From: Cenarchaeum sp.
GTDB taxonomy: Archaea; Thermoproteota; Nitrososphaeria; Nitrososphaerales; Nitrosopumilaceae
Length of the DNA: 64,000 bases
Reading direction: 5' to 3'
Assembly: GCA_965242695.1 (NCBI GenBank)
Contig: CBDESU010000002.1
Location: forward strand, 1,504,001-1,568,000
Shown here: positions 47,303 to 57,675 of the stretch, one piece after another
Position numbering within the stretch: the first letter of the stretch is position 1
Layout of the letters: each line of letters opens with the position of its first letter
The notes under the pieces: model-generated
The model's database searches: none
What the model was told of the DNA's origin: nothing
The model's input: only the letters and a program-made list of their open reading frames with translations
Position numbers and translations under genes: made by a program

Positions 47303-48175
47303 TTGATCCGCCCCCGCCCGCGCCCACGGCGCGGCCCCTCCCTGAAGGAGCTGCTGCTCTGGACGTTCCGGCGCAGCGAGCGCGATGTCGTCCGCATGTA
47401 CGACTACCTGTCGGACATGATGAGGCTGGCTGCCGGCGGCTCGATGCTCAACTTTGGGTGCGCCCCTGCCGCCGGCGGGTACACCCCCGCCGTGGCCCAG
47501 AGTGCCCTGTGCGCAGAGTTCGCCGGCCTGGCGCGGCTCGGCCCGGGCCAGGTCGTCGTCGACGTAGGCAGCGGCTACGGATCGCCGGCGGCCGTATGGT
47601 GCAATGCGCACCGACCGCGCCGCATCGTATGCGTCAACACCAACCTGGGGCAGCTGCGCGGCTCGGAGCGCCGGCCGGCGGCCGACAGGGCGAACGCGTC
47701 GGCAGCCGGCATTCCCCTGCGCGACGGCTCCGCCGACAGGGTGCTTGCGTTCGAGTCGGCCCAGCACTTTAGGCCGCTGTCGGCGTTCGTAGGCGAGGCG
47801 CGCCGAGTGCTGCGGCCCGGCGGCATACTGGCCCTGGCCCTGCCGGTCATGGCCCGGGGCGGCGCGGCCGAGACCGCGCGGCTCGGGCTACTGGCCCTGA
47901 CATGGTCGTCCGAGCACTACTCGGCAGACGCCGTCCTGTCTGTCCTCGGCCGCGGGTTCACGGTGTCCGAGCGCCGGATGATCGGGCCGCGGGTGTACGG
48001 GCCACTTGCCGACTACTACGAGGAGAACAGGGCCGCCATGCGAGAGCGCATACTACAAAGGTATCCCGGATACGTCGAGGGGATACTCCACAAGTCCCTT
48101 GCTAGGATGAAGGCCGTCTCGGACGGCGGCGTCATAGACTACATGATGGTGGCATGCGAGCGGGGGCGGGACTAG
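47303..48175 (+). CDS. class I SAM-dependent methyltransferase
   Basis: VVDVGSGYG, DRVLAFESAQHF, RRVLRPGG. Confidence 0.88.
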   Translation: MIRPRPRPRRGPSLKELLLWTFRRSERDVVRMYDYLSDMMRLAAGGSMLNFGCAPAAGGYTPAVAQSALCAEFAGLARLGPGQVVVDVGSGYGSPAAVWCNAHRPRRIVCVNTNLGQLRGSERRPAADRANASAAGIPLRDGSADRVLAFESAQHFRPLSAFVGEARRVLRPGGILALALPVMARGGAAETARLGLLALTWSSEHYSADAVLSVLGRGFTVSERRMIGPRVYGPLADYYEENRAAMRERILQRYPGYVEGILHKSLARMKAVSDGGVIDYMMVACERGRD

Positions 48176-48243
48176 GGCTATCGTGGCCGCCATGTTGCAC
48201 TGGAGGGCATGTGCCTGACTTCTAGCATCGCATATCGTGCGCA

Positions 48244-48443
48244 CCGTTCGAACTCTCTAACGGCTCTTTATAAACACCCGTTCGAACTCTCTAACGGCTC
48301 TTTATAAACACCCGTTCGAACTCTCTAACGGCTCTTTATAAACACCCGTTCGAACTCTCTAACGGCTCTTTATAAACACCCGTTCGAACTCTCTAACGGC
48401 TCTTTATAAACACCCGTTCGAACTCTCTAGCGCTTTTTATAAC
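48244..48443. repeat. 34-bp tandem array (5 identical units + 1 degenerate), each with a TATA box
   Basis: ccgttcgaactctctaacggctctttataaacac at 48244, 48278, 48312, 48346 and 48380; degenerate copy at 48414. Confidence 0.97.
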
Positions 48444-48464
48444 ATAGTCTAGGCACACCCCTCG

Positions 48465-49949
48465 TTGAGGATTGATCTCGAGGCGTACAACCCGTGGTGG
48501 TCTAAACCGTCTATACTAGACGACCACCCGCTCATTAAGGCGTGGTCTCGGTCTCGCATTCGACATGATCCTAGCCCTCGCCTTGCCTTTCAGCATGATG
48601 ATCTAGTCTACTCGCTCCGCGGACCGCGACGTGTGGGCAAGACTACATTTCTAATGAGGGCGGTGCAAACTCTACTACGTGCGATGCCCCCACAAAACAT
48701 CTTCTACTATTCATTCGAGATAGAGAATAACCCCGTTGATATCGTCAATGCTGTCCGCGGGTACCTGGCAAAGTTCAATGATGCACATGGCCGTAGATTC
48801 CTACTTCTTGACGAAATATCAAATGTAAAGGACTGGCAAAAGGCCATCAAGAAGCTGTGGGATATGGGATACCTTGAAGAATGCACTGTCCTCGTCACAG
48901 GATCCAACTCTGCGGACATTCGTGGGCCGGCAGAAACCATGCCTGGACGCCGTGGTGTGCCTGGCCCAGACGACCCACTAGACAAGGTGCTTGCCCCCAC
49001 CAGCTTTGGTGAATATATCGAGCTGATAGATCCATCGATAAAAAAGACACTCGATGCTCTGTCTTTATCCGATCCACTTGAAAAGGTTCGCGTGTTCTTG
49101 AGACTCTGCAATGGTAATGTGGACGAGCGACTGCACCGCCTCTTTGCACATCAGGACGGCTTGGAATCCCACCTGAAAGACTACCTTTTATCTGGTGGAA
49201 TGCCGTACGTAGCAAACGAGTTGCTTGCTACCCAAACCATAAAACCCGCTACATACGCGCAGTGCCTGTCTTCAATAAAGACTGATTTGTTGCTTACAGG
49301 ACATAATGTCCAGCGAATATTCAGAATACTCCCCAATATAATAAATTCGCTAGGAACACCCGTCTCTTGGAGCTCCCTTCGAAAGGCGACGGATGTGAGC
49401 AGCCACTACATGATCGAAAATTCAATCATGGCCCTTAATGACTCATTTATCACCTTCATGCTCTACAAATACGACTCGACGAGAAAATCACCGAAATATG
49501 ATGCTCCTAAAAAGCTATATTTTTCTGATCCATACTTTCTACACGCACTGAGTGAAGGCAGCTCCGACAATTTGTTTATTAAGAGCCGACATCGGACTGA
49601 GTCGCAGCAACTCCTCCCCGCGCTGATCGAACAGGCCGTGGCCGAACATGCGGCGCGCCTCGCGTTCGCCATGTCTAAAAACAAGCTCATGTTCGAGCGT
49701 GCCGAATCTGTCTTTTACTGGCAAAGCCGGCGCGGGCGAGAGGTCGACGTGGTCTTCCCCATTCAGGACGACCTTGCCGCAATAGAGGTGAAGTATCAGG
49801 GCCAGATCAGGGGGGATGACCTGCAGGGCCTCTACGATCTTCGAAGGGCGACGGGATTGCAGGGGGGCATTGTCGTGACGCGAGACATGCTGGACACCCG
49901 CTCGGGAGTGGCACTTGTGCCCGCATTCATGTTTCTTCTCTTGGCGTAG
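48465..49949 (+). CDS. AAA_14 ATPase with C-terminal DUF4143 (nuclease-like) domain
   Basis: YNPWW, GPRRVGKTT, LLDEI, VTGS, SGGMP, PKKLYFSD, EVDVV..AIEVK; low GC. Confidence 0.9.
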   Translation: MRIDLEAYNPWWSKPSILDDHPLIKAWSRSRIRHDPSPRLAFQHDDLVYSLRGPRRVGKTTFLMRAVQTLLRAMPPQNIFYYSFEIENNPVDIVNAVRGYLAKFNDAHGRRFLLLDEISNVKDWQKAIKKLWDMGYLEECTVLVTGSNSADIRGPAETMPGRRGVPGPDDPLDKVLAPTSFGEYIELIDPSIKKTLDALSLSDPLEKVRVFLRLCNGNVDERLHRLFAHQDGLESHLKDYLLSGGMPYVANELLATQTIKPATYAQCLSSIKTDLLLTGHNVQRIFRILPNIINSLGTPVSWSSLRKATDVSSHYMIENSIMALNDSFITFMLYKYDSTRKSPKYDAPKKLYFSDPYFLHALSEGSSDNLFIKSRHRTESQQLLPALIEQAVAEHAARLAFAMSKNKLMFERAESVFYWQSRRGREVDVVFPIQDDLAAIEVKYQGQIRGDDLQGLYDLRRATGLQGGIVVTRDMLDTRSGVALVPAFMFLLLA

Positions 49950-50051
49950 ATGCGGCGCGGGACTGCTTTGCCTCGCCGTCAGGGTTGCGGCTGGTCTGCC
50001 TGGTCAGGCTGCCGGCATGGGTTATAATCGGGCGGCGGGAGGGGCCGGCGG

Positions 50052-51038
50052 ATGGCAGACAGGGAGGGCTTCATGGCGGCGCTAGGCAGGAGGGTGCTGC
50101 TGTTCGACGGCGCGATGGGCACCGAGATACAGCGGCTCGGCCCGAAGCAGGACGACTTTCCCGACGGCCGAGAGGGGTTCAACGACGGGCTCGTCCTCAC
50201 GCGCCCCGACTGGATACGAGGCATACACGAGTCGTACCTGAGGGCCGGCGCCGACTGCATCGAGACGAACACGTTCGGCTCGAACCGCGTAAAGCTAGAG
50301 GAGTACGGGTTCGGAGAGCGGACGGTCGAGATCAACGAGAGGGCAGCCCGCCTGGCGGCCGAGGCCGTGGCGAACGTCCCGGGCCCCGACGGCAGGGCCC
50401 GCTACGTTGTCGGCTCGATGGGCCCCACCGGCTTTCTGCCGAGCTCGGACGATGCGGACCTCGGCCGGCGGCCGCTCGACGACATCTCGTCCGCGTTCAG
50501 GGATCAGGCAGTAGGGCTGATTAGGGGCGGCGCCGATGCGCTGCTGATCGAGACGAGCCAGGACATACTAGAGGTGAAGCTGGCCGTCGAGGGCTCGCGG
50601 GCCGCCATGGAGTCAGAGGGCAGGCGCCTGCCGCTGATCGCCAACGCGACGCTAGACCAGTACGGCAAGATGCTCCTCGGCACGGACGTGCAGGCGGCGT
50701 ACACGACGGCGTCGGGCATGGGGATAGACGTGTTCGGGCTCAACTGCTCTACGGGGCCCGTCGAGATGGAGCCGAGCGTGAGGTGGCTCGACGAGAACGG
50801 GGGGCACGATCTGCTCGTCGTGCCCAACGCGGGGATGCCCCGCAACGAGGGGGGCAGGGCCGTGTACGAGATGAAGCCGGACGCAATGGCCGGCGCGATC
50901 GCCTCGATTGTGGGGGCATGTCCGCGCGTGAGGATCGTCGGCGGGTGCTGCGGGACGGCGCCGGAGCACATAGCGGCCCTGCGCGCGGCGATCGACAGCA
51001 TGGAGCGGGATGCCGCCGTCGCAACCGCCGACGGCTAG
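50052..51038 (+). CDS. metH: methionine synthase, homocysteine-binding module (split MetH)
   Basis: FDGAMGTEIQ, IETNTFG, GLNCSTGP, PNAGMP, GGCCGT. Confidence 0.93.
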   Translation: MADREGFMAALGRRVLLFDGAMGTEIQRLGPKQDDFPDGREGFNDGLVLTRPDWIRGIHESYLRAGADCIETNTFGSNRVKLEEYGFGERTVEINERAARLAAEAVANVPGPDGRARYVVGSMGPTGFLPSSDDADLGRRPLDDISSAFRDQAVGLIRGGADALLIETSQDILEVKLAVEGSRAAMESEGRRLPLIANATLDQYGKMLLGTDVQAAYTTASGMGIDVFGLNCSTGPVEMEPSVRWLDENGGHDLLVVPNAGMPRNEGGRAVYEMKPDAMAGAIASIVGACPRVRIVGGCCGTAPEHIAALRAAIDSMERDAAVATADG

Positions 51039-51186
51039 CCGTTGCGGCCTCAAACCCTCCTAGGGCGCGCGCAGTCCCCTGCATGCGGGCGCGGCCGGCC
51101 GCGCGGGCTCGCAACAGTGAGGGGGTCGCCTGGCGCCCGCGGCGCCTGGCTCCGCCTTGCCCCGCGCCGCCGGTGCGACATGACAC

Positions 51187-51235
51187 GTATTTTGGCGAGC
51201 CAATGCTATATACTGCAATTATCCTCACAAAATAC
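51187..51235 (+). promoter_or_regulatory. inverted repeat flanking the TATA box of the abiE pair
   Basis: GTATTTTG (51187-94) and CAAAATAC (51228-35) surround CTATATAC, directly before ATG 51236. Confidence 0.6.
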
Positions 51236-52051
51236 ATGATCACGGGCGATGCCGGAACCCGCCTGCTGCTGGACCTGGAGTCGGGCAGGCGCAACGTGTT
51301 CCGCACGGGCGACGCCATGGAGATACTCGGCGCCTCGAGGGCGGCCGTCAACGGCCTGCTGCACCGGCTCGCGAAAAAGGGCCGCATCTACCGGATCGAG
51401 CGCGGCAAGTACGCCGTCGTGCCGGCTGCAGCGGGCTCTGCCGGGGTGTGGTTGGAGCTGCCAGAGGTCATCGGATGGCGCCTTGCCGAGCCGGCGTACA
51501 TCGGCTTCGGCTCTGCGCTGTTCTACTGGGACATGACGGAGCAGTATCCGTGCATTACGCAGGTTGCCACGACGAGGCGGAAGAGGCGCATGAAGTACGA
51601 GTACTACGAGTTCAACTTTGTCACGATGGACCGCAAGAGGTTCTTTGGCCAAAAGACCGTGACGCTAGAGGACCAGCCCGTCGTAATATCGGACCGGGAA
51701 AAGACGCTCGTCGACTGCGCCCTGCACCCGAGGTACTGCGGAACGCTGGAGGAGGTGGCAAAGGGGCTGTTCGGTGTGTGGGACGAACTCGACGCGGAAA
51801 AAATGTTCGAGTACGCGGAGCGGATCGGGGTGAGGGCCGTCAGGTCGCGCCTGCTGTACCTGCTCGACGTCCTCGGGCTCGATCCGCCCGAGCCGGCCGC
51901 CGCAGGCCCGGAGGACGACGCGGGCGGAAAAAGGGAGGGCTATTCGTGGCTCGATCCCACGTGGCACAAGAGGGCGCTCGGATACTCGAAAAAATACCGT
52001 CTGATCATAAACCGGGACAACGAGTCCCTCATGCGGTGGTACGGCCACTGA
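51236..52051 (+). CDS. abiEi: type IV TA antitoxin, AbiEi family
   Basis: wHTH LHRLAKKGRIYRIERGKY; YIGFGSALFYWDMTEQ; SDREKTLVD. Confidence 0.88.
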   Translation: MITGDAGTRLLLDLESGRRNVFRTGDAMEILGASRAAVNGLLHRLAKKGRIYRIERGKYAVVPAAAGSAGVWLELPEVIGWRLAEPAYIGFGSALFYWDMTEQYPCITQVATTRRKRRMKYEYYEFNFVTMDRKRFFGQKTVTLEDQPVVISDREKTLVDCALHPRYCGTLEEVAKGLFGVWDELDAEKMFEYAERIGVRAVRSRLLYLLDVLGLDPPEPAAAGPEDDAGGKREGYSWLDPTWHKRALGYSKKYRLIINRDNESLMRWYGH

Positions 52052-52851
52052 TGATCGGAAGGGATGCCGTGAGGCAAGAGTCGGCAAGGCTGCGCTGCAA
52101 CGCCTCGCTGGTCGAAAGGGACTATGTCGCCGGGTGGCTGCTGCGCGCCATTGCGGGCAGCTCCGTATCAGGGAGGATCGCCTTCAAGGGGGGCACCGCG
52201 CTGTCCCGGGTGCACTACTGGCGGCGGTGGCGGCACTCGGAAGATCTTGACTTTTCCGCCCCGGACGGCCTAGAGTGGGACGACATGGAGCATGCGCTTC
52301 GGGACGAGGTGCCGCCCTACCTCCAGGACCACGCGCAGATGCACACGGAGGTGCGCCGGCGGATCCACACGAACCCCGTGTACGCGCAGGCGAGAATAAA
52401 GTACGTAGGACCGCTCGGACCGAACACGATCAAGGTGGAGGCGACAAGGCCCGCATGCGACGACATCGTCATCGCGGACGCCCTGGTGCCGGGGTACTTT
52501 GACTGCCCGGAGTTTAGGACGAGGGTGCATTCACTCGACACGATAATGGCGGAAAAGATGCTCGCGCTGGTCAGGCGCGGCTACGCCCGCGACTACTACG
52601 ACGCATGGCGGCTCCTTCGGGAGGGCGACTATGATGCCGGCGCGGTCCGCCGCCTGTTCGCATCGCTGTGCAGGTCGAGCGGAACCGAGTACGGCACGGG
52701 CCGCGTCGGGGCAGACGGCGCCGCGGCCGAGCTGGAGCCGTACCTGAAGACGGGGCCGTTCCGGCTGCTCTCCGGGGATGCGCCGCCCGTCCGCGACCTG
52801 GTCGACGAGACGCGGCGCGGACTCGAGGGACTGCTCGGCGGAGCGTCCTGA
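52051..52851 (+). CDS. abiEii: type IV TA toxin, AbiEii nucleotidyltransferase
   Basis: VERDY, FKGGTAL, RHSEDLDF, AEKMLAL..R..ARDYYD; TGATG overlap with abiEi. Confidence 0.92.
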   Translation: MIGRDAVRQESARLRCNASLVERDYVAGWLLRAIAGSSVSGRIAFKGGTALSRVHYWRRWRHSEDLDFSAPDGLEWDDMEHALRDEVPPYLQDHAQMHTEVRRRIHTNPVYAQARIKYVGPLGPNTIKVEATRPACDDIVIADALVPGYFDCPEFRTRVHSLDTIMAEKMLALVRRGYARDYYDAWRLLREGDYDAGAVRRLFASLCRSSGTEYGTGRVGADGAAAELEPYLKTGPFRLLSGDAPPVRDLVDETRRGLEGLLGGAS

Positions 52852-52909
52852 CGCGCGGGCCCGCCGCCCTGCCCGCTAGATATTTACCAAATCCGCGGGC
52901 CGCGCCGCC

Positions 52910-55516
52910 GTGGCAGGCAAGAGGGCGGCCGCGCCGCGCATAAGCTCCGCCCTGAGGGCGGTCGAGCTGCGCCAGGTTCCGCCGCCGCTCATAATCGGCG
53001 AGCGCGTCAACGTGCAGGGATCGGCGCGCGCCAAGAAGATGGTCATGGCCGACGACTACGACGGGCTCGTCGGCCTGGCCCGCTCCCAGGTCGACGACGG
53101 GGCGCACTGCCTCGACGTGTGCGTGGCCACGACCGAGCGCGACGACGAAAGGGACTTCATGGTGTCCCTTGTAAAGCGCATAAGCCTAGAGGTGCCGGCC
53201 CCGCTCGTCATCGACTCGACCGATCCCGAAGTGCTCGAGGCGGCCGTGAGGCAGGTGCCGGGCCGTCCCATGATAAACTCGATAAACCTAGAGGGCGACG
53301 GCTCGCGGTTCGACCGCATCGCCCCCATAATGGCAAGGTACGGCGTGCCGGCCGTGGCAATGTGCATAGGGCCCGACGGCATGGCAAAGACGCCCGAGCA
53401 AAAGGTGCGGGTCGCCGAGATGATGGTCGAGAGGGGCGCAAGGTTCGGCCTCCGCGAGGACCAGTTCGTCTTCGACGTCATTACATTCACGCTCGGCACG
53501 GGAGAGGAAGAGTACGCCGGCTCGGGGCCAAAGACGCTCGAGGGGATCGAGCTCGTCAAGAGGCGGTTCCCTTCCGCCTTTACGACCCTCGGCCTGAGCA
53601 ACATCAGCTTTGGGCTCGACCCGCCGGCGCGCCGCGTCATCAACTCGGCGTTCCTCCACCACGCGGTCGCAAGGGGCCTGGACAGCGCCATCGTGAACGC
53701 GCGCGACATCACGCCGTACGCGCAGCTCGACGCGCGCGAGAGGGGCCTGGCCGACGACCTCATCTTCAACCGCTCCCCCGATGCGCTGCCGGCGCTGATC
53801 GACCACTTCGAGGCGGCGGGGGCGGGCTCGGGGGCCCGCAAATCGAGGGCGCCGGACGTGGATCCGTCCCTGCCGCCGGGCCGGCGCGCCAACTTTCGCA
53901 TAGTCCACAGGCTCAAGGACGGCATCCGCGACGACGTCGTAGAGGCCATCGCCGAGAGGATCGGCGCGACGGCCTCGCTGCGGCGGCTCGGGGAAGGAGA
54001 AGCCGCCGGGCAGCCGTCCGCCCGGATCGCGCTCGACGAGCCGCCCGAGAAGACGCACGACGGGGCCATCAGGACGCTCAACGACGACCTGCTGCCTGCC
54101 ATGAAGGAGGTCGGCGACCTGTTCGGGTCGGGCCAGCTCATACTGCCGTTCGTCCTAAAATCGGCAGAGTGCATGAAGGCCGCCGTCGCCGAGCTTGAAA
54201 AGTACCTGCTCCGCGACGAGGCCGGCGCCGCATCAAAGGGCACGCTGGTCCTGGGGACCGTGTACGGCGACGTCCACGACATCGGCAAGAACCTTGTAAA
54301 GACGATATTCGAGAACAACGGATACGCCGTCCACGACCTCGGCAAGCAGGTGCCCCTGCAGTCGTTCCTGGACAAGATCGAGGAGGTCCGGCCCGACGCC
54401 GTCGGCCTCTCGGCGCTGCTTGTCGTGACGTCGTCGCAGATGGGCATGTTCGTCGAGCATGCAAGGCGCACCGGCATGGACGTGCCGGTGCTGTGCGGCG
54501 GGGCGGCGATCAACACCGACTTTGTCAACCGCATAGCGACAAAGGGCGGCGTGTACGAGCCCGGCGTGTTCTACTGCGCGACGATGTTCGACGGGCTGCG
54601 CACGATGGACGTGCTCGTCACGGACGGCGGCGCCGGCCGCGCCGCGCTGCTCGAGGAGTGGAGGGGAGGCCTAGAGCGGTGGCAAAGGGCGTCCGAGGAG
54701 AGGGCCGCAAGGCGCAAGGCGCAGGGGGAGCGGGAAAGGGGCGGGGAGGGGCCGCCGCGCGGACAGGTCTCCCCCGCGCCGGACGTCCCAAAGCCGCCGT
54801 CGCTCGGCGTGCGCGCCAGGCTCGGGCCCCGCGAGATCGACCTAGGCGAGGTGTGGCGCCTCTTGGATCAGAGGTCGCTGTTCAAGATGTCGTGGGGGCT
54901 GCGCGGCAGGGCCGGCCAAGAGTCCGAGGCCGAGCACGAGCGGCTGCTAGAGTCGTGGAAGGAGCGCGTCGCCGACGAGCGGCTCTTCGAGCCGGCCGCC
55001 GTGTACGGGTACTACGGGTGCGCGGGCGGCGGCGCGGACGGCCGCCTTGCGGTCGAGCTGCCGGACGGCGGCGATTCGGTAACGTTCGAGTTTCCGCGGT
55101 CGTCGCGCGAAAAGCGCCTGTGCCTGGCCGACTACTTTGGACCGTCCGACACGGTCGCGTTCCAGGCAGTCACGGTCGGGGCCCGGGCCTCGGCCGTCAT
55201 CGACGGGTGGAATGCGCAGGACCGCTACTCGGACGCGTACTACCTGCACGGCCTGGCCGTCGAGACGGCCGAGGCGCTCGCCGAGTGGGTGCACCGGCGC
55301 GTGCGCGCCGACCTTGGCCTCACGCCGGGCAGGGGGCTGCGGTACAGCTGGGGGTACCCCAGCTGCCCCGACGTCGGGCAGCACCGCCTTGTCTGGGGCC
55401 TGCTGCGGCCGGACGAGTCGGGGATGACACTGACGGACGCCGGCCAGATCGTCCCCGAGCAGTCGACGGCGGCCGTCATCGTCCACCACCCAGACGCCGA
55501 GTACTTTGGGCTGTAG
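52910..55516 (+). CDS. metH: methionine synthase, pterin/B12-binding/activation modules (split MetH)
   Basis: IIGERVN, GLSNISFG, GDVHDIGKNLV, GLSALL, RYSWGYPSCPD, HHPDAEYF. Confidence 0.93.
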   Translation: MAGKRAAAPRISSALRAVELRQVPPPLIIGERVNVQGSARAKKMVMADDYDGLVGLARSQVDDGAHCLDVCVATTERDDERDFMVSLVKRISLEVPAPLVIDSTDPEVLEAAVRQVPGRPMINSINLEGDGSRFDRIAPIMARYGVPAVAMCIGPDGMAKTPEQKVRVAEMMVERGARFGLREDQFVFDVITFTLGTGEEEYAGSGPKTLEGIELVKRRFPSAFTTLGLSNISFGLDPPARRVINSAFLHHAVARGLDSAIVNARDITPYAQLDARERGLADDLIFNRSPDALPALIDHFEAAGAGSGARKSRAPDVDPSLPPGRRANFRIVHRLKDGIRDDVVEAIAERIGATASLRRLGEGEAAGQPSARIALDEPPEKTHDGAIRTLNDDLLPAMKEVGDLFGSGQLILPFVLKSAECMKAAVAELEKYLLRDEAGAASKGTLVLGTVYGDVHDIGKNLVKTIFENNGYAVHDLGKQVPLQSFLDKIEEVRPDAVGLSALLVVTSSQMGMFVEHARRTGMDVPVLCGGAAINTDFVNRIATKGGVYEPGVFYCATMFDGLRTMDVLVTDGGAGRAALLEEWRGGLERWQRASEERAARRKAQGERERGGEGPPRGQVSPAPDVPKPPSLGVRARLGPREIDLGEVWRLLDQRSLFKMSWGLRGRAGQESEAEHERLLESWKERVADERLFEPAAVYGYYGCAGGGADGRLAVELPDGGDSVTFEFPRSSREKRLCLADYFGPSDTVAFQAVTVGARASAVIDGWNAQDRYSDAYYLHGLAVETAEALAEWVHRRVRADLGLTPGRGLRYSWGYPSCPDVGQHRLVWGLLRPDESGMTLTDAGQIVPEQSTAAVIVHHPDAEYFGL

Positions 55517-55552
55517 CCGCGCGCCGATCCGGCCCGCCCGCCGGCCCGCCCG

Positions 55553-56341
55553 CTAGAGGCTGGCCAGGGCGTCCCTTGCGGCCGCAAAGTCGCTCGGGGA
55601 CGTGACCAGGACGTCGCCGGCCTCTGCGTGCACCCTGCCGATGAACCCCGACGGGTCGCGCTCGTACCCGGACCAGTCGAGGCCCAGGAACTTTGCCGAT
55701 CCCCTGTTGGCCTCGGACGGGACGAGCACGATGGGCACCACGCGGAAGCCCATCGGCGCCAGGCTGCCGCAGATCCGGCCGACCTCCCCGACCGACGATA
55801 CGACCTGCGTGAAAAAGCCGGCCGGCCGCGCGGCGATCTTTGCCCGCATGGCGGCGCCGCGGCCGGCGGGGCCGGCCGCGGACAGGAACACGTCGATGCC
55901 GGCCGCGCCGGCCGCGGCGCGCATGCCCGCCGCCGCCCTGCTCGGCGCCAGCGGCGGGGCCCCTCCGGCCGCGCCCCCCGCACCTGCGCCCCTCGGCGGG
56001 TCGCCCATGACGACGAGTATGCCTCCTATCCCCTCGGCGGCGGCCCTGCTGACGAACGCGAGCGCATCGCCCTGGGATCGGCCGCGCGTCCTCATCGTGA
56101 CCGTAACGGAGAGGCGCGGCTCGATCTCCCTTATGCGGCCGGCCGTCGCGATCGGCGAGAGGCGGCGCGTGCCGAGGACGGACTCTGTGACGTGCACCGC
56201 ATCGCACCGCGGGCACGACTCGGACAGCTCGGCGATGCGCCTCTCGACGCCCTCGAGCAGCCGCGATGCCTCGGCCCCGCCGGGCTCGCCGGCAGAGCCC
56301 TCGGGCAGCCTCGGCGGGTTGACCTCGTACCCTATCGCCAC
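55553..56341 (-). CDS. metF: methylenetetrahydrofolate reductase-like protein
   Basis: YEVNPP, HVTESVLG, ILVVMGDP, FFTQV; adjacent to metH. Confidence 0.75.
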   Translation of the reverse strand: MAIGYEVNPPRLPEGSAGEPGGAEASRLLEGVERRIAELSESCPRCDAVHVTESVLGTRRLSPIATAGRIREIEPRLSVTVTMRTRGRSQGDALAFVSRAAAEGIGGILVVMGDPPRGAGAGGAAGGAPPLAPSRAAAGMRAAAGAAGIDVFLSAAGPAGRGAAMRAKIAARPAGFFTQVVSSVGEVGRICGSLAPMGFRVVPIVLVPSEANRGSAKFLGLDWSGYERDPSGFIGRVHAEAGDVLVTSPSDFAAARDALASL

Positions 56342-56418
56342 GCCCGGCCGAGCCAGGCCCCGCTAAATTACTTGATCGCAATGCCAATATCATGCGGGCA
56401 GCGCCCGCGGCGCGCGGC

Positions 56419-57090
56419 ATGGATGCGAGGACCATTGCGGGGCTACTCTCGACGCCGATCGGCCCGCCGGCCGGCCGCGGCGACAGGGCGGTCGCCGAGT
56501 CGCTCGGGGCGCCGGGCATGCGGCCGGCCCGCCCGGCGGCCGTCCTTGTGCCCGTCTGCGCCGGCCGCGGGCCGGGGGGCGAGGCGACCGTCCTCATGAC
56601 CCGAAAGCGCGCCGGCCTGCGCGTGCATGCCGGCGAGATATCCTTTCCAGGCGGCAAGCCCGAGCCCTGCGATGCGGACCTGCTTGACACGGCCCTGCGC
56701 GAGACGCTCGAGGAGATCAACCTGCCCGTCGACAGGCGGCAGGTCGTCGGGCAGCTCGACCCCGTCAGCACGGCGGGGACGGGCTTTGTCATACTGCCGT
56801 TCGTGGCCGTCGTTGGCGGCGGGTTCGGCGGGGCGGCCGGCGGCTGCGGCGATCCCCTCGGCCGCCTGCGCGCCGCCCGCGGTGAGGTCGACGAGATAAT
56901 CGAGCTTCCGCTTGTGCGCCTCCTGGGGACCATGTCGACGGACGCCGATCCGTCCCACCGCTCGGCCCGCCTTGAGGCGCTGTCGTTCTCGCTTGGGGGG
57001 TGGATCGTGTGGGGTGCGACGGCGCGCATACTCGGCCAGGTTGCGCGACGCCTCGGCTGCGCGCCGCCAGGCCTTGCCGCTTCCCCGTAA
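56419..57090 (+). CDS. Nudix hydrolase, CoA pyrophosphatase type
   Basis: AAVLVP, LMTRKR..LRVHAGEISFPGG, ALRETLEEI, VWGATARIL. Confidence 0.92.
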   Translation: MDARTIAGLLSTPIGPPAGRGDRAVAESLGAPGMRPARPAAVLVPVCAGRGPGGEATVLMTRKRAGLRVHAGEISFPGGKPEPCDADLLDTALRETLEEINLPVDRRQVVGQLDPVSTAGTGFVILPFVAVVGGGFGGAAGGCGDPLGRLRAARGEVDEIIELPLVRLLGTMSTDADPSHRSARLEALSFSLGGWIVWGATARILGQVARRLGCAPPGLAASP

Positions 57091-57675
57091 GGGCCGCCCC
57101 AGCTGCGCCCGCCGCCCGTGCGGGGGTTGCATCGCCGGCGGGGTGGCCATTCAGATATCTGGCGGCATCCGTGTCTAGAGCGCCCCAGGCACGCGCATGG
57201 CGGCATCGTGGGAGCGCGCGGCGTGGAGGGGCAGGAGGGGCAGGAACGATGCATTCATCGATCAAGCGATCGACGTGCGGCGTGAATGGGCGGGCGGCGG
57301 CAAGTGCGGGCGGTGCCGCGTCTCTGGTAGCTTGCGGGTGCCCTGATGCGCCGGATCGAATATCTTGAGGATGACAACAGGCACCTGTCAACGAAAGCGC
57401 ACGATTGGAGGCGGAATAAGCGCCGAAAAGCAGGTGCGCGAGGTGTGCAAGGCCCTCATGGACATGGGTGTGGAGCTTGCAGAGTCGCGCACCGGGGTGG
57501 CCAGGGCGGTCCTGGTCAGGGGCGAGGACGTCCGCTAGATGGGCTACGAAAGGTCCACCCTGCTGTGCGGCTAGGCCACGCTCTAGGCCCACTGGAACTG
57601 GTGGCCACACGGCAGGAGCAGGCGCCGGCGAGGCCTACGGTAGGGTTTAATAGACACCGGTGGGCGTCTCCGGGC

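Noticed and set aside
48244-48443. CRISPR array
   Set aside because: Units abut directly with no unique spacers, and there are no cas genes in the window.
50052-55516. metH broken by insertion (pseudogene)
   Set aside because: Both halves are intact with their own starts and promoters; split MetH is a known arrangement.
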